Assembly: GCA_004431415.1 (NCBI GenBank)
Contig: QPMI01000644.1
Coordinates: forward strand, 1 to 64,000
Length of the DNA stretch: 64,000 bases
Source: Cyanophora paradoxa CCMP329
Lineage: Eukaryota > Plantae > Glaucophyta
Direction of reading: 5' to 3'
Position numbers and translations under genes: made by a program. Below the pieces are notes generated by a model. It had not been told where the DNA came from, searched no databases, and saw only the letters and a list, made by a program, of their open reading frames with translations. Position 1 is the first letter of the stretch, and each line of letters opens with the position of its first letter. Of the stretch, positions 47,540-59,173 are shown piece after piece.

Positions 47540-49317
47540 ACCCATCTTCTTCGTCATGTCGGGGTACTTGTAGCGGGCGAACTTCTTGATCTCCTCCTCG
47601 TCCTGCTCCACCTCAGCCACCTGCGCCGGCCGGCCCACGTAAGGAATGAACGAGAGAAAGGAAAGGGAGAGGGCGGGGCTGGAAAGGGGCGGGGCGGGCC
47701 TTGAACGAGAGCGCGACCTCGCGGAAGCGAAGGTTCTCAGTGGGCACGAAGCCGGCGAGGAAGATGTTGATGCCTGCCGGCGGGGGGGGGGGGTAAGGGA
47801 TTGATGCATGGAAGCGGGGGGGGAGGAGGAGAGAGGAAGGGCGCGCCCTCGCGGACGGAGAAGGGCATGGTGACGACGCCGTAGGCGCCCGGGACGCCGT
47901 AGAGGACGCAGATGAAGTCCGAGAGGTAGTCCAGCACGGCCAAATCGTGCTCGACGACAATGACGTACGAGGTCGGCGTCGGGAGCGTGCGGACGACGCG
48001 CGCCGCGATGATGCGCTGCCGGATGTCGAGGTACGACGAGGGCTCGTCGAACATATAGCTGGGCGGGCGCGGCGGTCCGTTGGCTGGCGGGCGGGCGGGC
48101 GGCGCGCGGAAAAGGAGGGAAAAGGAGGAGGCTTACACGTCGGCCTGCTGGATGTAGCACACGGCGATGGCGAAGCGCTGCAGCTCGCCTCCGGAGAGAT
48201 CCTCCACGTTGCGCTCGAGCACCTTCTGCAGCTCTGCGGGCCGCGCCGCTCAGGGGCAAGCGGGCGGGTGGGCGGGCGCGCGCGCGCGCCGGGCGGCGCA
48301 CCGAGCTCCTTGATGATCCAATCGGCGACCTTGCGCTCGTCCTTGGACGCGAGAATCTCGCCGACCTTGCCCTTCACGGCCTTCGGGATGTTGTCGACGT
48401 ACTGAGGCTTAATGAGCGCCTGCGGGCGGCGAGCGGGCGGCCGGTCGACGTCAGCCGGAACGAACGCGGCTGCGCGAAACGCGGGCGAAACGAGTGCGCG
48501 AGAGAATGCTCGCCTTCAGGTTGTCCTCCAGAATCTTCGTGAAGTAGTTCTGGAGCTCCGACCCGCGGAAGTAGGCAAGGATCTCCTGCCAGTCGGGCGG
48601 GTTCTGCGGCGCCACCCCGCCGCGTGAGCCCGGCGGACAGCGTGGCAAGCGCGGGGCAGCGCAGCACCTCGAAGCGCCCGAGGTTCGGCTTCTGCTTCCC
48701 GGCCAGCACCTTGAGCGCGGTCGACTTGCCGATACCGTTCGTCCCGACCAGCCCGAGGACCTGCCCCGGACGCGGCACGGGCAGCCTGCGCGACGCACAG
48801 GTTAGCTAGCGCGCAAGGGCGACCGCGGGGCATGCGGGGGACGCGCGAGCGGCCTGGCGACCGCCGCACCTGTGAAGCTTGAAAGAGTTCGGCCCGTAGC
48901 GGTGCGTGGTCTCGCGCTCAAGGTTCTTAGGCAGGTTGATGATGGCGATAGCCTCGAACGGGCATTTCTGGCGGCGCGCGCGGCGAGCGCAGGTCGGCGA
49001 ATGGGGGCGCTAATCGCGCCGGCAGGGCTCAGGCGCGCCGCCGAGCGCACCTTAACGCAGATACCGCAACCGATGCAGAGCTCCTCCGAGATCCACGCGA
49101 TAGAGGAGGTGGGCGCCACCTCGATGCAGAGTTTGCCTGCCGCCGGCGATCGGCGCGCGCGGCACGGGCGGCGGCGCGGCGCTTGCGCACCCATGCGAAC
49201 GACGGGGCATGACTTCTTGCACTCCTGCCGGCACTTCTTCGGCTTGCATTTGTCGGAGTTGACGATAGCGATACGAGTCAGCTTCTCCGTGTCATCGTCC
49301 TTCTTGCGACCCGACAT
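46046..49317 (-). CDS. ABCE1: ABCE1/RLI1 ribosome-recycling ATPase with N-terminal Fe-S domain (17 exons)
   Basis: [29 protein letters not shown]; [13 protein letters not shown]; GTNGIGKST; LSGGELQR x2; [12 protein letters not shown]; [14 protein letters not shown]; TAA at 46046. Confidence 0.98.
47218..47275. repeat. (TTAGC)n microsatellite in an ABCE1 intron
   Basis: Direct reading. Confidence 0.85.
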
Positions 49318-50084
49318 TGTGAATCCCGCAGCGCCTCGTGAACTGCCGACACCGGCCCAGATCGACGGGCCGAGAACGTGTACCCGGGTGCGAGATCAAA
49401 TGTGCCAACTTGGCCAGCCGCTGAGCGCGCTGCAGCTGCGTTGCAATGTAGGTACTTAACGCGCTCACAAAGCTCATAACACCCCAAATGCCGGCAAATT
49501 CAGGCTGCTGCTGCGTCGACGTCAGCACGTACGCGTCAGCACTAGTAGTAGTACTGCCAGGCTGCGGCACCACGCGTACGGCTCCCGGGAGTACTAGTCC
49601 GCACGGCGGACAACTCATGAGAACGGATCCAGCTTAAAAGCTTGGCCAATGCGATCATCGGATTGCGGGCTCGTCATGCCTCACTAATCATGGTCAAGGG
49701 CCAAGATCTGCATGCGCGCTCGGGGGCAGAACGGCGGCCGGGAGCTTCGCAGGCACCGCATGCTAACACTCGAATTCGAACGCTATATTTTCCTACATAG
49801 GCGCAACGTAATCTAGATCTACATCTATCTTGAAAAGAAGGGACATAAAGCCACCGGCGGTGGCGAGCTGCCTTGCAAAATAGTTATACGAATCTCTACA
49901 GAGAAAGGGCCAGGCCAGAGGGGCTGCTGGCAAAAAGAGGGAAAATCGAGAGAGTATCCTACAACATGCGCGGGTGGTCGCCGGAGCTCGCGCTACGGCC
50001 AACCTGCCCGAGCCGCGCCAGAACTATACTTTACGTATCCTGTCCTGGACCTATACATAAGCGGCTGCTCGCCTCAGCTTCCGT

Positions 50085-50897
50085 TTACCAGAGGCCCTCG
50101 TTCGCGGTGTTGTAGTCCTGCAAAGAGGTCGCGCGCGTCAGACCGAGCGCAGCGAAAGAGCAGGCGACCCAAAGCAGCTAGATATAAAGGACCCAAGCTA
50201 AGATCTAGAACAAGAGGCTCACCTTGTCCTCGCCCTCATCGTCGACGTGGGCCCAGTCGGTGCGGGTCTGGCGCGAGGTCTGGGGCGTCCGGGGCAGGCG
50301 CTCCGGCGGGATGTTGTCGGTGCGGCTCAGGCCCTCCTCCTGGGCGCCCATGCCTGCAGGAAGCGCGGCGGGATCAGCGGTCAAGTTAGCGGGATCCTGG
50401 CGCGAAGCGCACCCCAGTCGGTGCGGTCGTCGAACGAGGTGCCGGTCGTGGGGCAGTTGTCAAGGGGCCCGGGCGTCTTGGACGACGGGAGCTCGGCCGC
50501 GACGAAGACACGAGTGGCCGTCATCTGCGAGGACGTGGACGTCAGCCTCTACCAATGTCGAAGATCGTCGCAATCGGGAGCTCCGCGCAAGCGTCCCACA
50601 CGTCATTGGCGTCATTTCCAACTAAACAACCCCAGAATACCTAGTGACGCCGCAGGGAAGGCCGGGCGGCGGCGCACCGGCTTGGGGGCGACGAAAGTGA
50701 TCTTGGCCGTCGCCAGATCCTGCGGTCAAATCCTGAGCCGGAGAACATGCAAATGTGCGAGTACGTGCGGTTGTAAAGCAAACGGCGGCGGCCGATCGCC
50801 GCACCTTCTTGATCTGGACCGACCGCTTGGCGAGCACGGGCTGCGGGGCCGCGAAAGCCGCCCGGGGCACGACGAGCACGGGAGCAACGAAGGCCAT
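50085..50897 (-). CDS. Small plastid-targeted protein of unknown function
   Basis: MAFVAPVLVVPRAAFAAPQPVLAKRSVQIKK|DLATAKITFVAPKP|MTATRVFVAAELPSSK…RTDW…RTDN…RTDW…EDK|DYNTANEGLW*. The N-terminal Phe is typical of glaucophyte/red-algal transit peptides. Confidence 0.7.
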
Positions 50898-51073
50898 CGT
50901 GGGGAAGCTTGCTTTTTTTGGCGGCGGGAGAGAAGAGTGAACGATGGCGTAAGAAGGCGGACGTCAACCTGACTTCAGGACTGTGTACCCACTCGCCTCG
51001 CCTTGGGTACAGCCTCCGGCTAGTTGAAACTCGGCCCGTCGACGTCGTTCTCCGCCCCGCCAGCGCCGCCAGG

Positions 51074-53051
51074 ATGACGAGCAGCTCAAGGAGCGCACCT
51101 GACGCGCGCGCGTGCCCTACGGGCACGCGGGAGCGGCCGATCGCACGCACGCTTGGCAGCAGCCCTCCCTCGATTCTCCGCGCGCGCACAGCGCGTAGGA
51201 ACGATGCTGCGGCACTTTTTACGTCGCTCGGCGTCGCCTTTATCGCGCTCCTCGTGTGTCCCCGCCTTTTCGTCGCGGCAAACAGCGAGCGCCGGGCCGC
51301 GCGCTAAGTCATCGTCGGCAGCGTCCTTTGGCAGCGTGTCCCTCTGATACCCCCATGCGCAGGCGCTCGCGGCGGTCGCCAGCGCCGGGCCTACCACGCC
51401 TCGAACGGACCTTGAGCTCGAGCTCCTCTTCGACAGCCGCTCACTTGCCGACACCAGCGGCAAGGGCAACAATGGTGCAACCCAATTACCGCTAGAACGA
51501 CAACGCTCTGATCGCGGTTGCAGGGAACATCGTGGGACAAGTCAATGTCGTTCGCCATGGACCCGGCTACGCGCTCGCGCTCAACGGCGCGGGGTATGTT
51601 GAGATCGATAGCACGGCAGCGCTGAGCGTGGGCACGGACGACTATACGCTCGTGCGCGGTTCCCCTTCTTAGTCGCAATCAGTTTCGAATTCTCTGCTGA
51701 GGCATTCGAATTCGCAGTATGCCTGGGTGAACGCGAATCCGAGCAACCGTGGCCGGATCCTCTCCAAGGGGAGCTTCTTCTGCAGCACCGGGTACATGGT
51801 GCGCGTTCCCGCCCGCTGCCGATCCGCCGCGCGCGAGCGCCGCCGACTGACGCGCGATTCAAGCTTCGGCTCTCCGAAGCGGGCAGGCCGTACACGGAGG
51901 CGGGGTCGGGCGGGACGTGCCTCATCACACTCACCGGCAACGACGAGGTGGCAGACAACACGTGGTTCGCGCCTCGATGCGCCGCGCCGCGTCGCCTCGA
52001 AAATCCCATTCGGAAATTTGGCGCGCACACAGGCATTCCGTCGCGGTGGTCGGGCGGCGCGGCTCGGGTGTCGACATATACGTCGACGGGCTCCGCAGCA
52101 GCACGCAGGCGGCGGGTGGGGCGTGGCGCACCGCCTCGCTCGCGAACCAGCAGCTGGGGCTGCGCGTCGGGGCGAACAACCAGGGCGGGGAGAGATTCGT
52201 GGGCCTGATCGACGCCGTGCGCATCTACAGCCGTCAGCTCAGCGACGCCGAGCTCCTCGCCCTCCACCGCGCCGACGCCGTGCGTCCCCGTGCGAACGAA
52301 GCGCGCAGCGGCCGGCGCGCGCGCGCGCCCGACCGCCCCGAGCAGGACTCGTTCCGCCCACCGGCCCTTGCGCCCCCGACGCCAACGCCGTCGCCGACGC
52401 CGACGCCGACCCCGCTGAGTTCGTACCCCGCCCGACCGCCGCGCCGCCTTCGCCTCGCTCGCGTGACCCCGACCGCGACCGCGCGCAGCGTGCTCGAGCC
52501 TGACGAGCTGCGCGGCGTGCGTGAGCGCCGGCTGCAGCGGCTGGTGCGTCGCCACGAACTCGTGCGGGGCGGCCGACGCCTGCCCGAACCCCGCGGCGAC
52601 CGGCATCCAGTGCGCCAACAAGGCTGCCTCGGAGTGCCCGGCCTCCCCGGACCTCGGCGTGTACCCCGCCCAGTGCCAGCGCGGCAGCGCCGGGCCCTGC
52701 CGTGTACGTCCGCCCGCCCGCCCGCCCGCTCGCTTGCTTCGCTCCGGTATGCTGTGGGGCGCCCTGAATCTCCGGCGCAGGGCCAGTACCCCGACGCTCA
52801 GAGCCGCTACCCCAACGCGGCGGGCAGCTACCCCGACTCGAAGGGTACCTCTCCTTGAGCTTCCGCCGCCCCCTTTCAAGTTCTGAGGCGGGCGCAGGTT
52901 GCTACCCCGACGCCCAGGGGCGCTACGTCGGTCCGTTAAAATGAAGCCGATCGCTCCTCTCCGCTGATTCGAATTCGATTCCCGTCCCGCAGACGCGTGC
53001 AACCGGTACCCCAACGCGCAGGGCATGTACCCGTCCGGCTCGTGCCCGTAA
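51074..53051 (+). CDS. Secreted or membrane-anchored LamG (concanavalin-A-like) domain protein with a Cys-rich PSI-like segment and YP(D/N)AQG repeats
   Basis: Hydrophobic ALFTSLGVAFIALL; LADTSGKGNNG; ALALNGAGYVEI; IYVDG; FVGLIDAVRIYSRQLSDAELLAL; SCAACVSAGCSGWC. Start codon uncertain. Confidence 0.75.
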
Positions 53052-53209
53052 ACGAACGGGGCGCGCGCGGGGGCGTAAACGGGACTTCGAATGTTTCCTG
53101 TCATCTCAAGCTTTAATCAAGCACTGCCGAGGACTCCCGGCCCTCCCGTGTAAATATAGGCCGTCGCATCATTCAAGAGCGAAGCGTGTGTCGAGCACGC
53201 GCGCGCGGG

Positions 53210-53945
53210 TCCTGTAAATACAATATCGCGACGTGACTCAACATTCTGAACCAGCTAAAGCTCTAGCTTAGGCCTGGCGGGGGTGCGGGGTGCGGGGGGC
53301 GGCGCCGGGCGAGATTCTGTAAATACAACATCGCGACGTGATCATGACCGTCGGACTCATGACTCAACATTCTGAACCAGCTCAAGCTGTAGCTAAGGGC
53401 TGGCGGGGGGGCGGCCGGCGGGGCCCGGGGGGCGGCGCCGGCCGCGGGCGAGTTCCTGTAAGTACCGTAGTACAACTTCGCGACGTGACTCACTGAGTCA
53501 AAATTCAATGATTCTGAACCAGCTCGAGCTACCGCTAAGGCCTGGCGGGGGTGCGGGGGGCGGCCCCGGGCGAGATTCTGTAAATACAACATCGCGACGT
53601 GATCATGACCGTCGGACTCATGACTCAACATTCTGAACCAGCTCAAGCTGTAGCTAAGGCCTGGCGGGGGGGCGGCCGGCGGGGGGCGGCGCCGGCCGCG
53701 GGCGAGTTCCTGTGAGTGCAACATCGCGACGTGATCACGACTCAACATTCTGAACCAGCTCGAGCTACAGCTAAGGCCTGGCGGGGGTGCGGGGGGCGGC
53801 GCCGGCCGCGGGCGAGTTCGAGGCGACGTGACTCCACACCCTGAACCGTTGAACAGCTAAAGCTAAGCAACATCGCGACGCGACTACGCATCCTGAACAG
53901 CTAAAGGTAAGGCCTGGCGGGGGTGCGGGGCGCGGGCGAGCTCGA
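53210..53945 (-). repeat. Tandem array of about 6 degenerate ~110-140-bp units copying the last-exon end and 3' flank of the Yrb30-like gene
   Basis: Recurring AACATCGCGACGTGA…ATTCTGAACCAGCT…AAGGCCTGGCGGGGG…GGGCGAG. Confidence 0.9.
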
Positions 53946-55860
53946 GGCGAGGGACGCGGCCCCGAGGCGGTCCGCGAGGCGGGAGACGGCGCCGGCGTCC
54001 GAATTCGAAGGGGCCCCGAGCGGAGAGCCCCACGGGGCGGGCGTGGCCGGCTCGGCGGGCGCGGGGGCCACCTTCCCCGCGACCCGCTGGCGCGACCCCA
54101 GCGCGAACGCCAGCAGGACCTGCGTATGCGCTGGGGGGTAAGGAAAAACCAGCTCCAAGGCGTGCGGGCCGGGGCGCGCAGCCCCTCCTATTCTTGGTGG
54201 GCACGGACTCTAGGGTACCGGGGGTACGGAACGGGCTAGATTGAGGGAGGGGTATGTATACGCGCGCAGACCCCGCGGCCCTTTGCTCGCGTTTTCGCAT
54301 TTGTCAGGGGGCGCGGATTCTAGGGTACCGGGTATGGGACGGGCTAGATTTAGGGGGTACGCGCGCGCGGACCGTCTCGTCTGGGATCTCCTCGAGGGCG
54401 CGCCCCTCGCGGGCCTCCAGGGCGGCCACTCTGAGGGCGTACTCCAGCTCGCCCAGGGCCCCGGGCGAAGGCTGAGGGGCGGGCGCCGCCGCAGCAGCCT
54501 TCTCGTCTTCCTCCTCCTCTTCATCCTCGTCTTCTTCGCGATCGTCGTCGTCGCCCGAGCCCTCGCTGCGGCTGCATCTGCCGCCCGCCGCCGCCGCCCG
54601 GCCGCCTGAGTAGACCTCGAGACCGTACCTTCTCGGGTGGTTAGAGATCTTGATGTAGATCGGCCGGGCAGGAGATAGAGCGCGCACCACCGCTCTGGGG
54701 GCCTCGCCGGCGCGCCAGCCGCCGAAGCCGACGTGCGGGGCTCCCTGCCGCAAAGATCGAGACGAGGGGTACATGAGGGGTCGGGGGGGGGCGGGGAGGA
54801 GGGACGGGAGAGGGGTACCCGTGGAGCTCGCCGGCGTCGACGGCGATCATGAGGAGCGGCGTGGCGTCCCCCGCCCCTGAAATGGAATGATTAAGAGGGC
54901 CGGACGCAGACGGGGCGGGACGGGGCGGGGGCGGGACGCACCGACGCGCATGGCGTCCCGCGTGGTTCCCTCGAGGGCGACGAGGGCGCGGGCGGGTACG
55001 GCCAGGCGCCCCTCCTTCTCCCCCTCCTCGTGGTACCGCCCGTCCTCCAGGCTCTGCTCGAGTCGGAGCTCGACTAGTACCCCGGCCGGCGCCCGCCTCT
55101 GCACGAGGCGCGCCCGGCCCCGCGGCCACAGCTCCTGCGCGGCGCCGCCCTCAGCTAAGCGTCCCTCCGCAGAATAATGTAAGCTGTAAAGGAGAGACGG
55201 ACCTGCAGTGAGTAGTCGGCGTGGGCGCGTTTGCGGGCCACGGAGACCTGAGTGAGCTGGTACACCTGAGGAGGAGGAGGAGGATGAGGAGCGCGGGGGC
55301 GGGGCGGCGGCGCTCGCGGGCCAGGGGAGGGGGCGGTGGGGGAGGAGCGAACCTTGACGGGTACGCTGAGGACCTCTGCCTCGTCGGCCGCGCCGCTTGC
55401 GACCTCGTCGTCCGCCGCGCGCAGGAGCCGCGCCGCCCGCACGAGCCGCGCGGGGCTCACGGGCGCCGCCGCGGCCGCCGAGCGGACGAGGTGGACGGTG
55501 GACAGGCTGAGGGTGAGGTAGGAGACGATGCTGTCGAGGTCGGAAGCCAGCTTGGAGAGCCGAGCCGCGAGCTCCTGCGCGGAGAGCCCGCGCCCGCGCT
55601 GCGCATGCGCGGCCGCGGCCGGCGACCCGGCCGCGGCGCCTGCCGGGCCGCACACGGCGCACAGCTCGTCGATCTCGGCAAGAAAGCCGTGCGCAGTGCT
55701 GACTCCCTCTGCGAGAATGGAGTTGCCCTGCACGGACGGGCGGCGATGTGAGCGCGCGCTTGAGCGAGCGTGGAGCGCGCGTACGCACCGCGCAAGAGAG
55801 CTGCACGCAGAGGTCGACGGGCCCACTGAGGACGTTGGGTCGCGTTCCGACTTGATGCAT
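53901..55860 (-). CDS. Yrb30-like RanGTP-binding protein
   Basis: VLSGPVDLCVQLSCA|GNSILAEGV; VSPARLVRAA; LRLEQSLEDGRYHEE; LGELEYALRVAALE…IPDET, following the order of Yrb30 family motifs. N-terminus uncertain. Confidence 0.65.
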
Positions 55861-55868
55861 CCCGCAGG

Positions 55869-58800
55869 GATGTACCGGATGTGGAGGCGATCCCAAGGAA
55901 GCCCGTGGAGCGGGACGAGAAGGGGTTATCGCTCCTGGAGGAGGTCGAGGTCGGCCCCAACGACGCCGAGGGCGCCAATGGTGAGCGCGCGCGAGCGCTG
56001 GATCCTTATTCCGCGCGCCGCTCAGCGCCCCGCAGCCGAGGCGGGCCGGTGGGACGTGCTGAACCTGCCGACGGACTCGCCGGCCGTGCTGTGGGAGCTC
56101 AGCACGAGCATCACGGAGCTCGGGCTGCAGATCCAAGGCTGCAAGATCGAGTCCGAGGCGGGCGCGGGGCAGCCGGGCGGGCGCACGCGCGTGTACGTGG
56201 CGCCCTCGAGGCGGCGCGGGCTGCGGGCGCGCCTCCTCGAGCGCGCGCGGGCGGCGCTGGCGCGGCGGCGCGAGTTGGACGCAGAGACGGGGCTGGAGGA
56301 GGGCGCGGCCCTGCGCGAGTGCCTCTCGTGCAGCATATGCCTCGGCTCCGTGCGTCCCGCCCGGCGGCCCGGCCCGGCTCGAACCAGTTCCTGTAGCTGA
56401 CCGGTCGGACGGACGCCCCCTCCGCGTCAGATGCGGCGGCCGGTGGGCGTCGTGCCCTGCGCCCACGCCTTCGACGAGGCGTGCATCGTCTCCTGGACCC
56501 GCGCCCGCGCCGCCCGCGGGCCCGCCCCGGAGTCCGACGGTGCGGGCCCCCCCCCCCGCCCCTGCGCCCCGCTTGCTGCTGCGGCTGATCGATATCTGGT
56601 TCCCCTTGCTCGCCGGTAGTCCACAACAAGTGTCCGGTGCCAGCCTCTCTTTCCTTCTCTCCGCCATATCCGTTTCTAATGAGCTCGGCCGGGGCAGGTG
56701 TGCCGGGGCCCGATCCGCGGCCTTGTGCCCAACCGCGTCCTGGGCGCCCTCGCCGAGCGATGCGCCCCCGCCTTCGGTGACGAGCCCTCCGCCCGGGGCG
56801 GCGCCGGCGCCGGCGCCGGGGCCTCTGGGGCCGCTGGGGCCGCCGGGGCGGGTGCCGCTGCTGGCGACGCGGTCTCTATCGGGCCGCCCGGCCCCGCCGG
56901 CCCCGCCGGGTCCGAGGGTGCGCCAGCCCCCGTCCGTCCGTCCGTCCATTTCGTCTGATCTGATCTGATCTGATCTGAGCAGAGGACGTGGAGCACGTGT
57001 CGGTGCTGATCCGGAGCGGCGCCGTACCCGCCGACTTCTGGGACCCAGTGCGGCCGGGTCCCGGATCGGACCCCGGCTCACCCGCCCGCCCCGCCGCCCC
57101 CGCCGCCCCTACCTCCGCCCCCGTCGTCGGCATCCCCGTCGTCGCGTTTCCTGCCTTCCCGCCCCGGCCCCCGCCGCGGCCGCCGGCGCGCCCCAAGACC
57201 TGGCTCGAGGCGCGCGCGCCCCGCCGCGTTTCGACTCTTCTCACGGTTTCGCAGGAGGCCCGGGACGCGGTCTCGCGGTTCCTCTCGTCGGCGGCGGCGG
57301 CGCTCCGCACGGGCGTCGACGAGTCGGACCGCGAGCGCCACGCGGCGGCCGCCCACGCGCACGCAGCCGCCGCCCACGCGCACGCGGCGGGGTACTACCG
57401 CAACGCGCCCTTCTCGGCGCACCACATCGCGGTGCTGCCGTACCCCGGCGCGCAGGACGACGGCGGCGACCCCGCGCGGGCCGCGCGGGCGGCCCCCGCG
57501 CGGGCCGCGGTCGCCGCCGCGCTCCCGCGTACCGCCCGCCCCGCGAGGACCGGTGGCGGCGGGCCTCGTCGGCGCTGCAGGGCGCCGGCTTCGCGGCCGC
57601 CCTCGCCGCCCTCATAGCCTCGGCCGTCCTCGCCTCCACCGGCGGCGCCGAGCTCCGCGCCGTCGGTCCGCCCTCCGCCTCAGCTGTTTTTGGTCAGCCC
57701 TTCTCTGATGATGAGCGCAGCGGCGGCTCTCGGAATCTTCGGCGGCATCCTGGTCCTCACGTCCACGGGCCGCTGCGTCACGCGGCTCCACCTCGCACGC
57801 CGCCCGAGGTACCTCAAGGCCCGCGTCGCCTCCTCCCTCCTCTCCGCCGCCTTCCTCGCCGCCGGCGGCTTCCTTCTTTCCGGTACCCCCTGAGCTCACC
57901 TGAGCCCAGTTCAGCCTATCTGAGCCTGCCTCAGACACGAGCCGGGAGCTGTGGCGCGGCTTCGGCGTGCTCCTCGTCGCCTACGGCTCCTCCCTCCTCG
58001 ACGCCACGTTCTTCTGGTACCCCCCCCTCCCGCCCCTTCCCCCCCTTCCCTCGATCGACCGATCGCGCGGCAGGCTCCCGCCCCGCGTGGCGCGCACCGG
58101 CCTGCGCCGCAGCAACGAGCACATCGGGTTCCTCTTCTGCCTGGTGCGTGGAGCGCGCTTGGCCGCGCGCGCACCCGGGGCCGATCTGGGGCCGCGGCCG
58201 CCCAGGTGAACCTGGTGCCGCTGGGGGGCGTCCTCTGCGCGGCGGGCGCGGCGGCGGCGGCCGCGGCCGCCTCGGACGGGGAGCGGCCGATCCTGGCGGC
58301 GGGGCTGATCGCCCCGGGAGCCGTCCTCATCTGCGCCGTCGCCCTCGCCCTCGTCCTCTGGGGCGTCGCCCTCTTCCTAAAGTGCTGGTGCGCCTCGACC
58401 CACTCTAGCCTAGTCCTAGGCTTAGTCCTAGTTCTTGCCCTATGCCTAGCTTTAGGCCAAGGCCTAGGCCTCCGCCCCAGCCGTCCTCCTTAAGTCCTAG
58501 GGCCTAGACCTAGTCCTAGTCCTAGGTTTAGGCCTCCGCCCCGGCCTGTGCGCCCCGTAGGCCCGGCTCTTGAAACTGAAGCTTAGGTCGAGCCCTGAGG
58601 GGCGGGGCGGGGTGCGGCCCTTAAACTGAAGCTTAGCTTGAGCCCTGAGGGGCGGGCGGTGTGTGGCGGGGCGGCCTAGCTCTAGTCCTAGTCCTAGTCC
58701 TAGGCCTAGGCCAGGCCTCCGCCCGTGCCCTCCTCCTCAAGTGCTGGTGCGCCCCGGCCTAGTCCTGGGCCTAGGCCCAGTAGGCCCGGCCCTTAAACTG

Positions 58801-59035
58801 GAGCTTAGCTTGAGCCCTGAGGGGCGGGGCGGGGTGTGGCGGGCGGGTCAGCGCGCTCAAGCTAAGCTTCAGTTCAAGGGCCGGGCCTAGGCCTAGTCCT
58901 AGTCCTAGGCTTAGGCCAGGCCTCCGCCCCGACCCTTCAATTAACTGAAGCTTGCAATTGAGCGCGCTGACCCGCCCCGCCCCGCCCCGCCGCAGCTTCT
59001 GCATAGGGTGCCTTCCCCGCCACTACAGGAGGTAG
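55869..59035 (+). CDS. RING-finger E3 ligase with a multi-pass transmembrane C-terminus
   Basis: LSCSICLGS|MRRPVGVVPCAHAFDEACIVSW…KCPVCRGPI…NRVL; several hydrophobic helices (FAAALAALIASAVLA; LLSAAFLAAGGFLL; AVLICAVALALVLWGVALFL); ends FCIGCLPRHYRR*. True start lies upstream of the acceptor at 55868. Confidence 0.75.
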
Positions 59036-59173
59036 CTGCAGCTCCTTCGAGCTCTAGCTAGATCTTTCAAGTTTGCTGCTCGTCTCATTTCAGAATCGAT
59101 CTTGTAGAATGCACTAGACAAGCACACGTGGTACGCACTAGAAAAAGTACCCTAATACGATACAGAGGGAATA

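Noticed and set aside
54847-57081. 744-aa minus-strand ORF and other long Arg/Pro/Gly/Ala-rich ORFs (e.g. 51581-53104, 15656-16828)
   Set aside because: Stop-poor frames caused by high GC. They cross introns or lie antisense to recognisable spliced genes.
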